Shown one piece after another: positions 35,655 through 44,774 of a stretch of 64,000 nucleotides of DNA; the first letter of the stretch is position 1, and each line of letters opens with the position of its first letter. The DNA is from Pseudomonas phage PaBG, in sequence record KF147891.1. One strand, 5' to 3'. The notes below the pieces were generated by a model. The model did not search any database and was not told where the DNA came from. It was given only the letters and a program-made list of their open reading frames with translations. The position numbers were made by a program, and so were the translations under genes.

Positions 35655-36064
35655 GGCTGAGCCTGCAAGGCACGCTCCCAGAGCAACGTCTGCGGGCCGG
35701 CCTTATCGAAATAGTTGGGAGAGCTGTACATGACCTTGGCGTCCTGTACGAACTCGATCACGAACAGCGTGCCGTTGAGGGTGCGAATAGGCGCATACCC
35801 GAGAACGTCGAGCGGGTGGGTGTTGTTCAGGAAGCGGCAGCGATTGGCCTTTCGGGCATCACGCACGAATTGCACAAACTCTGCGCTCTGGTTGTTGCCG
35901 GCGAGAGCAACGATGGCTTTGGCGTCCACAGAGGCATCACACACGATGGCATCGGGATTACCCGTGTCGGCAAAGGCAGGTATCGGCGTGAAAGACGAAT
36001 CGCCTTTGGGTTGAGTAGCGCAAGCAGCAAGCGCAATGGTAGCAAGCAAAGCCAACTTTTTCAT
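35651..36064 (-). CDS. lipoprotein
   Basis: Start at MKKLALLATIALAACATQ, a lipobox of LAAC followed by the lipidated Cys, with a GAGGAATAAC Shine-Dalgarno; 137 aa. Confidence 0.6.
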   Translation of the reverse strand: MKKLALLATIALAACATQPKGDSSFTPIPAFADTGNPDAIVCDASVDAKAIVALAGNNQSAEFVQFVRDARKANRCRFLNNTHPLDVLGYAPIRTLNGTLFVIEFVQDAKVMYSSPNYFDKAGPQTLLWERALQAQP

Positions 36065-36065
36065 G

Positions 36066-36287
36066 TTATTCCTCGTCCGAATGTTCTGCAATTGTTTGTG
36101 GCGTGATCATGGCCACCTGCACCCAATGAGCGATGACCAGAGTAACGACCAGAGCTGCGCACAGTGCGAGCCTTGGAACCGACGGGTCGGGCGTCTGTTC
36201 AAGCACGCCGAAGATAATCAGTAACGCCATCAGGTACATCATGGCGTAGTAGCGGTGTACGATAAACTTCAGGCTTGGTCGGTTCAT
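36066..36287 (-). CDS. small two-TM membrane protein (holin-like)
   Basis: 73 aa with two hydrophobic helices and a charged C-terminus (AEHSDEE). No clear Shine-Dalgarno. Confidence 0.4.
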   Translation of the reverse strand: MNRPSLKFIVHRYYAMMYLMALLIIFGVLEQTPDPSVPRLALCAALVVTLVIAHWVQVAMITPQTIAEHSDEE

Positions 36288-36300
36288 GTTCGTGTGATGC

Positions 36301-37110
36301 CTAGAGAATGTTCCATATACGATCGTGGATAGACCACAGGGCGAAAGCCTCGGGTTTGGCTTTCTTTCTGTGCCTGTTGATCACTGCTGGGATGTGAGGC
36401 ACGTTGCGTTTCGAGTGAGCGCGTCGCGCCTCTTTGTAGCTATTGTATTCACGGCTCGGCGGGTAGCCATCGAGTTCGATGGTGTACGTCGCCTTGTCCT
36501 TCTTGTCGAGCCGATCCTGTGCGTCGTCATGCAACGTCGTGAAGTAGTTGAGACGGTTGCGGTAGCGACCACGAGTTGCAGCCACGCGAGCCTCGTATTC
36601 CCGCTCCAGCGAATCGAGCTCCTCGATCATCTGCGCGTGCAGGTCAGCCTTCAGGTTGGTCAACGTCTTCGGATCGAGCGCTGCAATGTACTCAGCAAAC
36701 GCCAGATCAAGTTTGCGCTGGTTGGGCTTGCACCAGTGAGCCAGTGCATCAGAGAACGAGCCGACAAACAAGCCGCCTGCAAACTCACCAGACATTCGGA
36801 AGACCCCGACTGCCCACTGGGTGGCTGCGTTCTTGATCGGCAGGTCGAAGCCCTGTGGCGGGGCATTACCGCGGAACAGGGCGAACACCAGGTCGCTGTC
36901 GAACGGCCGCAGCTTGAACACTGGGCTCGGCTTACCGCGCTGCGCAAACACAGCATCTACGCACACGGAAAACGGCTCGTCTAAGCGAAGGTCTTCCCAG
37001 TAGTTGTTTGGCCAGTCAAGCGGAGTTCGCGCCTTGAGGAGAGCACTCTGGCCGAGCCTGTTCAACAGGGCGGAGTGCGTTTGCGCAACCGAGAGAGACT
37101 TGAGTTTCAT
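36301..37110 (-). CDS. hypothetical protein
   Basis: 269 aa with a GAGGGTTACGA Shine-Dalgarno. It is adjacent to the membrane-protein cluster, but no lysozyme motif was recognised. Confidence 0.5.
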   Translation of the reverse strand: MKLKSLSVAQTHSALLNRLGQSALLKARTPLDWPNNYWEDLRLDEPFSVCVDAVFAQRGKPSPVFKLRPFDSDLVFALFRGNAPPQGFDLPIKNAATQWAVGVFRMSGEFAGGLFVGSFSDALAHWCKPNQRKLDLAFAEYIAALDPKTLTNLKADLHAQMIEELDSLEREYEARVAATRGRYRNRLNYFTTLHDDAQDRLDKKDKATYTIELDGYPPSREYNSYKEARRAHSKRNVPHIPAVINRHRKKAKPEAFALWSIHDRIWNIL

Positions 37111-37153
37111 TCGTAACCCTCAAAAGGCGACCCGAAGGCCGCCCAAGCGTATG

Positions 37154-38077
37154 TTAGAAGAGGAGTGTCCAGACGCAGCGCTCGGCGTCATACGTGGCGT
37201 ACTTGTGCCAAACGCCAGCGCCGTCTACGTCTGTCTCTTTTACAGTCCACAAGATCGTGGCGTCGATCATGCCGTGCTCACGTTCGTGGCGAGCCATCAG
37301 GCCGCGCACGCTCTTGACCGCAGTTGTGCGCAGAGGCGTCTTGTCATTGTTCGATCCGAGCACCAGACCGTACACGCGCGTGGCGTCATTCTCTTCCTGC
37401 CACTGCGCCTCTTCCGCATGAATCAACTGCGCCTGTTGTGCGGCCCACTGTTCGATCAGCTTTTTCCGCTGGGTGCGCCACTCCTCATCCAGCTTCTGGA
37501 GTTTGTGGTCACGATGCACGGTCACCGACTTGTTCATCTTTGGTAGCAAGCCCGAAGTCTCTTCGGCCATTTGTTTGCGCACCAGCTTTATCAGGTCAGC
37601 GTGCGAGGCGTTGATGAACTCGTACAGGCAATGGTCCCAGTCGCCCATGAAAACGTGGGCTTGTTCGTTGTTGTTGCTTACGTCAACCACAACCCAGCCG
37701 TACTCATTCATGTTGGTACTGTTGGGATTGACACACATGGTGGGCGCCAATGCAGCGCGCTGGTGAAGTGAGTCACTCCACGGAAACACGGAAGCGGCAC
37801 CACGAAGTTCGCAGTTGCTCGGCATCAGGTAGCGAGTGTGCGACCAGAGCGAACGCCAGAAGGCGTGGACAATGTCGCCGTCGATGTTGTACCAGCGGTC
37901 CCGCGTTGGGAAGCCGATTGGGGTACGCAGGTCGAAAGCCGCCTGCTCTGGTGCTTTCGTACCGTGGTAGCCTGCACGAACCAGATTGCCGTCAGGCAGT
38001 GCGAACACTCCCATCAGCTCGCACAGGCTTTCCGGAGTTTCGTAACCGCTAGTGTCTACAGTCGCACGTTCAGTCAT
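37154..38077 (-). CDS. hypothetical early protein
   Basis: Start moved to the second in-frame ATG (MTERATVD), 6 nt after the GAGGTTAGAT of the conserved leader, to match copy A. The track start at 38089 lacks a Shine-Dalgarno. The gene is driven by promoter copy B. Confidence 0.5.
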   Translation of the reverse strand: MTERATVDTSGYETPESLCELMGVFALPDGNLVRAGYHGTKAPEQAAFDLRTPIGFPTRDRWYNIDGDIVHAFWRSLWSHTRYLMPSNCELRGAASVFPWSDSLHQRAALAPTMCVNPNSTNMNEYGWVVVDVSNNNEQAHVFMGDWDHCLYEFINASHADLIKLVRKQMAEETSGLLPKMNKSVTVHRDHKLQKLDEEWRTQRKKLIEQWAAQQAQLIHAEEAQWQEENDATRVYGLVLGSNNDKTPLRTTAVKSVRGLMARHEREHGMIDATILWTVKETDVDGAGVWHKYATYDAERCVWTLLF

Positions 38078-38200
38078 ATCTAACCTCATCTAAGTCCATA
38101 ACCAATATACAATACAAGCATGATGCTTGCCCGTGCTCAGTATAACACACCGGCGGATGAGTGTCGATGGAGATAGCGGTTATGTTTATAGCGCAGGTAA
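38078..38200 (-). repeat. early promoter cassette, copy B (TCGACA-N17-TGtTATACT plus conserved leader)
   Basis: -35 at 38165..38160 and -10 at 38142..38137, read on the reverse complement. See copy A for the shared blocks. Confidence 0.55.
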
Positions 38201-38230
38201 CGACAAACCCCGACACTAGGCCGGGGTTTG
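38201..38230. terminator. bidirectional terminator hairpin
   Basis: ACAAACCCCGacactaggCCGGGGTTTGTTT. A near-identical hairpin occurs at 44066..44100. Confidence 0.45.
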
Positions 38231-38233
38231 TTT

Positions 38234-38392
38234 GATCACAGTTCGCGCAGTTCGCGCTGGATTTCACGATCAGCAATGCGGCGCTCCGCTCTATGGCAGA
38301 GGGTCTTGAGTTCGCGCCCGTAGCCGATGCTACTGAACGGGCGACGACTCCAGAACTCGCCGGGTTGTTTGCTGCCGTGTTTGGTTCTGCTC
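38234..38392 (-). CDS. small Arg-rich protein (52 aa)
   Basis: Hand-translated: MSRTKHGSKQPGEFWSRRPFSSIGYGRELKTLCHRAERRIADREIQRELREL. A GGAGAG Shine-Dalgarno lies 7 nt upstream. It is not in the ORF track because it is under 60 aa. Confidence 0.4.
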
Positions 38393-38403
38393 ATGGTGGT
38401 TCT

Positions 38404-38431
38404 CCGAATATGACGGGAATGTCATATTCGG
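38404..38431 (-). promoter_or_regulatory. perfect 11-bp-arm inverted repeat overlapping the RBS of the 52-aa ORF, preceded by an 8-codon leader ORF
   Basis: CCGAATATGACgggaatGTCATATTCGG. The tiny ORF MTNRTIRI (38422..38448) has an AAGGAGGT Shine-Dalgarno, and its stop codon lies inside the 5' arm. Confidence 0.45.
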
Positions 38432-38465
38432 ATAGTACGGTTGGTCATAGCGGACCTCCTTGGTG

Positions 38466-38951
38466 TTATATCACGTTGCCGACATCGATGTTCTTCTGCG
38501 ACGCGAAGTCAGCAGGTCGCTTGTACTGTTCCTGCGGAATGTGACGGCCGTCTTCGTCGAGGTAACCCCACTCGTACTCTTTGGGCTTGCGTGGATGAAC
38601 GATGATCGTCCAGACGCCGCCCTTGGGGATACTGATGATGCGATGATAGCGCAGCCGTGCGATGTTGCACCAGCGGAACGCGGTGTGCAGCACCTCGCGA
38701 GTCACAGGCTTTTGACAATCGCAGTCGGGCACAGTGACGACCTGCTCCTCGACATACCAGCCTTTGACAACCATCGACTTGAACCCGTACGGGTGGTTGT
38801 GATGGATGCGAGTGTCGACCATCTTGATGTGGTGCAGCCGCACGCAAAACGGCAGATTCCACTCAGGCGGTACGATGTACCAGCGGTCCATGTAGCGACC
38901 GATGTTACGGTTGCGGTGCAGACCAATCAGTGCTTTGAATTTTTGCAACAT
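38466..38951 (-). CDS. hypothetical His-rich protein
   Basis: Start at MLQKFKALIG, 5 nt after the upstream stop. The track N-terminus would overlap the upstream gene by more than 200 nt. Confidence 0.45.
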   Translation of the reverse strand: MLQKFKALIGLHRNRNIGRYMDRWYIVPPEWNLPFCVRLHHIKMVDTRIHHNHPYGFKSMVVKGWYVEEQVVTVPDCDCQKPVTREVLHTAFRWCNIARLRYHRIISIPKGGVWTIIVHPRKPKEYEWGYLDEDGRHIPQEQYKRPADFASQKNIDVGNVI

Positions 38952-38956
38952 TCTGA

Positions 38957-39472
38957 TCACCCCAGGTAATGCGCTTTGCCGCAGTTGCACGGCTTTGGCG
39001 ACACGGCCTTCTTGACTTCGGTGAACAGCTTGTTGGTGGAAGACACGGAGAAATACGCATCGGTATTCACGCCGTTCTTCTCGCGGTAGCGGCGGTTCAC
39101 ATCCGCGCTGTTGAACATCGCGCCGTACGGCCACGATTGCTGATTCGCCTTTTCCCACATCGGGATGTCGAAGGCTTCCCGCTCGATTGCGCTCAGTTGG
39201 CTGGGTGCAACCTTCTGGTCGACCTTGGCACGGTTGGCTTTCAGCAAGCGGCCGTTGTCGGAGACCATCATCATTGCAGACATTTCGATCTTGCTATTGA
39301 TGATGGTGTACGAAACGCTGTCTCTCGACTCCTTGCGGATTGCAGGAACCTTGAACCAGGTGTCGCCGGTGAATTGGTGCTCAGGAATTTCCGGGCAGTA
39401 CCAGTTACGCATGAACACATACAGGACGGAGTTGAACTCCAAGCCCTGCGGATTGTCGTGTACATAGATCAT
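38957..39472 (-). CDS. hypothetical protein
   Basis: ATG at 39472 with a GAGGTAACG Shine-Dalgarno; 171 aa. Confidence 0.5.
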   Translation of the reverse strand: MIYVHDNPQGLEFNSVLYVFMRNWYCPEIPEHQFTGDTWFKVPAIRKESRDSVSYTIINSKIEMSAMMMVSDNGRLLKANRAKVDQKVAPSQLSAIEREAFDIPMWEKANQQSWPYGAMFNSADVNRRYREKNGVNTDAYFSVSSTNKLFTEVKKAVSPKPCNCGKAHYLG

Positions 39473-39981
39473 CACGTTACCTCAAATGGGAGGAAGACAG
39501 GCCGACGGCCAGCTCCGATAAAGAGCGCGCACGGGTCCATTGAATAGGAGTAGTGCGCGTAGTTCGTGATGCGTCTAACTTCAAGCACTTCCAAGTGGTC
39601 GTACTCTTTGACGCCGTTGTTGAAACGCAGGCCGTTGTACACCTGGCACGGCTGCACTTCGATCAGATGGTGAGAGTTCAGGCGGACGTGGCGTATCGAG
39701 GTCATGAACGACACGATCTGCCCATTCGACTCCCGCATCCGAAGCGCGTAGGCTTCACTGCCGAACGCGCCTATCTGGATACGCACAGCAATCTCGCCGT
39801 CTGGCCCAAGCACGCGATGGACGTGGTTGTTGGGTTTCGACATAGCGAGTTCGCTGACACGAATCGGTGTGCCATTCGGGCGGAGCACGAAGCATCCGCC
39901 GCAAATGGTGTTCTGACTCAGAGGCATCGGGCGCAGCGATTGCAGGTTTACGCCTTTGTTGAAGCCATTGGTGAGCGGCAT
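39472..39981 (-). CDS. hypothetical protein
   Basis: Start at MPLTNGFNKG, 4 nt after the stop of the topoisomerase gene; 169 aa. Confidence 0.45.
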   Translation of the reverse strand: MPLTNGFNKGVNLQSLRPMPLSQNTICGGCFVLRPNGTPIRVSELAMSKPNNHVHRVLGPDGEIAVRIQIGAFGSEAYALRMRESNGQIVSFMTSIRHVRLNSHHLIEVQPCQVYNGLRFNNGVKEYDHLEVLEVRRITNYAHYSYSMDPCALFIGAGRRPVFLPFEVT

Positions 39982-39985
39982 GATG

Positions 39986-41602
39986 TCAGGCAAACTCCAG
40001 GCCAGACTTGTTCTTGTCAGGGTTCTTGAGGTACGACTTGACGCGAGCTTCGGTGTCACGCGCTGCTCGGGCACCCGGGGCCTTGAGGTCTTTGGCGAGC
40101 TGCTTCAATTCGTCCTTGAGCTCCTTGATCTTCTCCTTGAGCGCGGCCGCTTCCAACTTGGCAAGCTGGCGAACTTTTCGGTCGAGGATGATGATCGCGT
40201 CTTCGACCGGAATCTTCAACGCCTTGGCGAGTGCTGCGTTCGGGTCGTTGCTCACCAAAACTTTCGGCAATGCCTTGAGCAGTTGCTCCATGTTCTCGAC
40301 GGCGAACAGGTAGACCTCGTTGATGTGCAGGTCACGCTCAGCGCGCTTGGTCAGATACTTGATCAGCCGCACTTCCAGCTTGGTGCGATAGTTGATCCAC
40401 TTGGTGAAGAAGTCCACGTAGTTCAGGTACTTGAACTCGTTCGCCTCTTCCGCCTTACGGATCGTGACACCCAGGCGGTAGTTCACGGAGCTGGTGGTTG
40501 CCTTCTCAACGGCTTCCACGATGTCAGCGAAGCGATCCTCGCCGACGTTGCGACCGCACTCGACGATGAACAGGGCGCCGTACGGACCAGAGCCCTTCGA
40601 CTTCTTGCCCTGCTTGGAAAAGGTCTTCTTCACGCCGTTGATGGCGCTCAACTTCTCCAGGGTCTTGTCGATGGTCTTGGTCGACGACAGGCCTGCGGGT
40701 ACGAACGAGCGAATCTGGATCGTGCGGGTTTTGAAGTCCGCATTCATCAGCGGTGCGTACACGATGTTGCCGCGGCCGGTCTTGAGCATTTCGGCGAACT
40801 GGCTGCCGGCAGTGATGTCCTCGCAACCGAACGGGTGCTGAATCTTCAACACCTTGGCGAGTTGCTTGGCGTTGAACTCCTTGCCGTTCAGCATATCGAT
40901 GACGACGCGCGCCACAGACTTGAACGAGAAGCTCGGGTTGCCAGCGCGCACGCCGTACGCAGGTGCAGGCACGTTGCCGTTAAACAGCACGTACGGGAGC
41001 AGCGCAGGCAGGAACAGCGGGATCACGTCGTCGCCGGAGAAGTTGGGGACTTTCGGCACGACTTCCAGGTACTTGGTGTCCAGCAGGAACATGTGCGAGA
41101 ACTTCGACATCCGCGCTTCGGTGTAACGCTGTGCGGCTGCCGGGTTGATCGGAGTACCCCAGTTACCCTGACCATCGACAGCAGGCGGCATGGTGTTCGC
41201 AATCGTCACCATCGCACCGTATGCTGCGGCGTCGCCGTGCGGGTGGTACTTACCGATGGTGTCACCGACAGTACGTGCCGACTTCTTGTAGCCGCTCGAC
41301 GGACGCAACGACAGACCAGCGAGCGACCAGAGCAGCGAACGGTGAACTGGCTTCAACCCGTCACGGATGTCAGGCACAGCACGGTCTTCAACCACGTAGC
41401 TGCCGTAGGTGAACATGGCTTCGGCAGTGTACTGATCGATGGTGGTGGTCTGCACGGTGTTTGCTTTCAACGGAAAGCGGTCTTCGGCATGCAGTACCTT
41501 GCCTTTGCCTTTCTTCACCTTCTTGTTGCTGACTTCAATCTGCACGTCAGCAGCAGCAGCGCCGCGGGTTTTTTCTTTCTTGGTTTTCTTGACCTTGGCC
41601 AT
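39986..41602 (-). CDS. type II DNA topoisomerase, DNA-cleavage subunit (GyrA/ParC N-terminal / T4 gp52-like)
   Basis: HRSLLWSL...KKSARTVGDTIGKYHPHGDAAAYGAMV matches the GyrA catalytic-tyrosine region KSARIVGDVIGKYHPHGD. Confidence 0.85.
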   Translation of the reverse strand: MAKVKKTKKEKTRGAAAADVQIEVSNKKVKKGKGKVLHAEDRFPLKANTVQTTTIDQYTAEAMFTYGSYVVEDRAVPDIRDGLKPVHRSLLWSLAGLSLRPSSGYKKSARTVGDTIGKYHPHGDAAAYGAMVTIANTMPPAVDGQGNWGTPINPAAAQRYTEARMSKFSHMFLLDTKYLEVVPKVPNFSGDDVIPLFLPALLPYVLFNGNVPAPAYGVRAGNPSFSFKSVARVVIDMLNGKEFNAKQLAKVLKIQHPFGCEDITAGSQFAEMLKTGRGNIVYAPLMNADFKTRTIQIRSFVPAGLSSTKTIDKTLEKLSAINGVKKTFSKQGKKSKGSGPYGALFIVECGRNVGEDRFADIVEAVEKATTSSVNYRLGVTIRKAEEANEFKYLNYVDFFTKWINYRTKLEVRLIKYLTKRAERDLHINEVYLFAVENMEQLLKALPKVLVSNDPNAALAKALKIPVEDAIIILDRKVRQLAKLEAAALKEKIKELKDELKQLAKDLKAPGARAARDTEARVKSYLKNPDKNKSGLEFA

Positions 41603-43618
41603 TTAGTCCTCCAGACCCAGCAGACGGCGACGGTATACAGCATCTTCTGCAACGACGCCACGGAACCAGAGTTCTTGCTCGTGGTTGGCGAACGGATTGA
41701 TGCGAATGAGATTGCGGTGTTCAGGCGAGAACGCGATCGGTTCTAGGAAAGTCTCATCGACCTCACCCCAGCCCTTGATGCGAACGATGTCCTTGTCCTT
41801 GACTGCCTTGGGTGCGGCTTTACGGCACTCATCGAAGGTCATGCCACCGTAGAGTTTGCCGTCATGGAGCACAGCATACAGCGGAGCCTTGACGCACCAG
41901 ACGCGGCCTTCTTTGAACAGGTCTGGCAGCAGTCGGTAGATCGCCGCTAGGAACAGTACGGCAATGTGCCCACCATCCGGGTCCGGATCGACCAGGAAGA
42001 TGATGTTGCCAGTACGCAGATTGTCGGTCGACAGACGCGGGTTCTCAGCTTTCGGATCGAGCGTCTTGATGTCGGCGCCCAGGCTGATGAGCATGTTCTG
42101 GATTTCTTCGTGACCCAGAATCTTCGCCAGGGTCGCTTTCAGTGCGTTCAGTGGCTTACCGCCAGCACCCAGCACTTCCTGATAGTTCGCGTCTCGGGCG
42201 TCGATTGCAGTACCTGCGGCCGAGTCACCCTCAACGATGAACAGCTCGCGCTCATGTGGCTTGGCCTTGTCGGCGACAGCAAGTGCGCTCGGCAGACTGG
42301 AGCCCTTGATCGACTTCTTCGCGTCAGCCATGGACTTGACGACAGCAGCGAGTTCTTCACGGCCCTTGTTCATCACCAGTGCGCGCTTGATGATGGTCTT
42401 CGCAACGCGCTGGTTGGCTTTGAAGTACTCCTCGAACACTGGCAGCATTGCCTCGTGAACTTCGCGGTCGACCTTCGAAGCCAGCTTGTCTTTCACCTGC
42501 GAGGTGTACTGGGCGCCGTGCATACGCCAGTCAAACATACCAACCAGACCGATCAGCAGGTCAGAACCAGAGAATCCATTGCCGCCTTTCTTCTTGCCCT
42601 TGGGCTGAGTCATGTACGGCTTGATCGCAGCCATCAGGGCGCTGGTAAATCCGGTGACGTGCCAGCCACCATCGACAGTCGGCGACGTGTTCACGAACGT
42701 CAGGAAGTGGTCGGCATCCGGATGGTCAGCCCACACGACAGAGCAACTGATGTTGTCGGTCTTGAACGTCATGGGCTTGCCGATCATGCCCAGTTCGCGT
42801 TCCTCACACATTGCCTTGGGTACCCAAGCCAAGTCCTTCTTGTTCAGGAAGGTAAACGCTTTGGTCTTGCCGCCCTTGATGACCTTGAAGCGAATCTCCA
42901 GACCTGGGTTCAGGTTCGCCATGTTCTTCAACCACATGGCAATCGGCTTGGCCTGGGGCGAGGCATGCACATAATCTTTCGGCAGGGCCTTACCACGACG
43001 GGCAGACTCAGACACGACGGTCTGGTCGAGCTTGCCCGCGATGATGGTGCCGTACTTGCTCTGCTTCATCGACAGGCGCGAGGCCACGTCCTTGTCGATG
43101 CTCTTGACCTTGATCGGGTCTTTACCCTTGGTTGTGATTTCGCCTTTCGAGAACGACTGGAAGGCGCACTTGCCGTTGTACATACTCCAGACACGCAACT
43201 CCTCGCACACGGCGTTCACCGCCGCAACACCAACGCCGTGAGTACCGGCCGAAGTCTTGTACGAATCGGAGTTGAACTTGCCACCTGCGTGGGCGCGAGA
43301 GAACGCGGCCGTCATGATGGTCTCTTTCGTCCCGTCTTTCAACTTCTTGTAGTCGGTCGGGATACCGCCAGCAGCGTCGGCGACGATGTGGAAGTCGGCG
43401 TCGTAGTCGAGGATGACCTCGATCAACTTGTTACGACCGGCGATGGCCTCGTCGTATGCGTTGTCTACCTCTTCCTTGATGACACGGTACGCCATGTCAT
43501 GACCGAGGTTACCCAAGTACATCGTGGGGTTTATACGGATGCCTTGGAGGCCCTCCGCGATGACGAAGCCCTCCTGAGAGGCAGACTTCTTCCCCTTCTT
43601 GATCTTTTCCTTAGCCAT
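41603..43618 (-). CDS. type II DNA topoisomerase, ATPase + Toprim subunit (GyrB / T4 gp39-like)
   Basis: N-terminal NAYDEAIAG and THGVGVAAVNAV are GHKL ATPase motifs; FIVEGDSAAG is the Toprim motif. The stop abuts the start of the partner subunit. Confidence 0.85.
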   Translation of the reverse strand: MAKEKIKKGKKSASQEGFVIAEGLQGIRINPTMYLGNLGHDMAYRVIKEEVDNAYDEAIAGRNKLIEVILDYDADFHIVADAAGGIPTDYKKLKDGTKETIMTAAFSRAHAGGKFNSDSYKTSAGTHGVGVAAVNAVCEELRVWSMYNGKCAFQSFSKGEITTKGKDPIKVKSIDKDVASRLSMKQSKYGTIIAGKLDQTVVSESARRGKALPKDYVHASPQAKPIAMWLKNMANLNPGLEIRFKVIKGGKTKAFTFLNKKDLAWVPKAMCEERELGMIGKPMTFKTDNISCSVVWADHPDADHFLTFVNTSPTVDGGWHVTGFTSALMAAIKPYMTQPKGKKKGGNGFSGSDLLIGLVGMFDWRMHGAQYTSQVKDKLASKVDREVHEAMLPVFEEYFKANQRVAKTIIKRALVMNKGREELAAVVKSMADAKKSIKGSSLPSALAVADKAKPHERELFIVEGDSAAGTAIDARDANYQEVLGAGGKPLNALKATLAKILGHEEIQNMLISLGADIKTLDPKAENPRLSTDNLRTGNIIFLVDPDPDGGHIAVLFLAAIYRLLPDLFKEGRVWCVKAPLYAVLHDGKLYGGMTFDECRKAAPKAVKDKDIVRIKGWGEVDETFLEPIAFSPEHRNLIRINPFANHEQELWFRGVVAEDAVYRRRLLGLED

Positions 43619-43708
43619 GTTCGATTGAACTCCGTTGGTTCGGTATGAGGACTAGAGCGAAAGTGTTGGACCTGATTGCAGGCCGTACGTAAGCTGTTTA
43701 CACTTACG

Positions 43709-44041
43709 TCATTTTCGAGTTGTGGTTTGTTTGGCCTTGTCGAGTTTTGCTTTTTCCTTCTTCGCCCAGGTGTAACCAGAGTCGCCGCCCCAAAGCAGCC
43801 ATGCGATATAGCCGTTGCTGGGGTTGGCTCGATTGCCAAAATTTGCCGCACGTTTGTCCACTTCATGGCGGGCGAAGAAGGAGACCATGCGACGTATCAC
43901 AGCATCGCTGACGGTGCGACCCTGCGACAACTGGCGGGCGCGTGCCCAGCCAACCTTCGTACCTCCCCTCTTAAACTCTTTGTGCAAAGTCAAGCCAAGA
44001 GCGGCAGCACGTCGAACGGATGCAGGTGCAGTGCGAGACAT
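43709..44041 (-). CDS. hypothetical basic protein
   Basis: Start at MSRTAPASVRR with an AAAGGAC Shine-Dalgarno; 110 aa. Confidence 0.45.
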   Translation of the reverse strand: MSRTAPASVRRAAALGLTLHKEFKRGGTKVGWARARQLSQGRTVSDAVIRRMVSFFARHEVDKRAANFGNRANPSNGYIAWLLWGGDSGYTWAKKEKAKLDKAKQTTTRK

Positions 44042-44085
44042 AGCGAGTAGTCCTTTGAGGTGAGAGAAAAACGACAAACCCAGCA

Positions 44086-44469
44086 CTAGGCTGGGTCGGT
44101 CTGTTGGCGTATGAATATTGGATCGATGTGGCCTTCGATGTACCAGCACACGTCATCTGGTCGGTGTGCGGGATCGTCGTTGTCGTAACTTCGCCACTCT
44201 GGGTCCGGCCGTAAGGTTGACTTGAACAGCGAAACGTCCACTTCAAGAACGACAGCATCAGGGCCTTTGAAGAAGGCGGCGTTCAACGTATCGTCGGTCA
44301 ACACGTCCGCATCGAGCGCGAGAAACACGCGCCCTGCAACTTCGCCGCCGTCTGTGGCGCGCGGCATGTTCGGCAGTAAGCCGTCACGCAGAATTGCGCT
44401 CACGTTGTCACGATGCGTAACGTGAACAAGCACGTCTGGGATATGGTCCATGAGAGTCTTCGCCGTCAC
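44086..44469 (-). CDS. hypothetical acidic protein
   Basis: 127 aa; ATGA coupling with 44466..44768. Confidence 0.5.
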   Translation of the reverse strand: MTAKTLMDHIPDVLVHVTHRDNVSAILRDGLLPNMPRATDGGEVAGRVFLALDADVLTDDTLNAAFFKGPDAVVLEVDVSLFKSTLRPDPEWRSYDNDDPAHRPDDVCWYIEGHIDPIFIRQQTDPA

Positions 44470-44768
44470 AGGTCTATGATGGCGCCGACAATCGGCATTT
44501 GGAGTTCGTCGTCTTCGTGGCAGCCCATGCTAGCCATCCAGTCGAGAACTTCTTCCTCGGTCAGGATGCCAGGCTCAGATGCGCCCGTTTCACGCAGCAG
44601 GTCAGGCAACACAGCCGCAGACAACGCCTCAGTTACATGCTTGCCATTCATGACTTCGGCATTGCCGTCAGCCAGTTCAGCCGTCAGGTGCAGAATCAAG
44701 CTGGACGGCAACAGGCCATCGACATCACCAGACTCCAGTGCCGCTTTGACGTGTTCGTAGTTGGACAT
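44466..44768 (-). CDS. small hypothetical early protein
   Basis: ATG at 44768 with a TAAGGAGT Shine-Dalgarno; the track start is TTG. Driven by promoter copy C. Confidence 0.5.
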   Translation of the reverse strand: MSNYEHVKAALESGDVDGLLPSSLILHLTAELADGNAEVMNGKHVTEALSAAVLPDLLRETGASEPGILTEEEVLDWMASMGCHEDDELQMPIVGAIIDL

Positions 44769-44774
44769 GTGCAA

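Noticed and set aside
38070-38276. 68-aa minus ORF and the 83-aa plus ORF 38293..38544
   Set aside because: Both lie across the conserved promoter cassette B and terminator, or are out of frame with the Shine-Dalgarno-supported 52-aa ORF. Their sequences are not protein-like.
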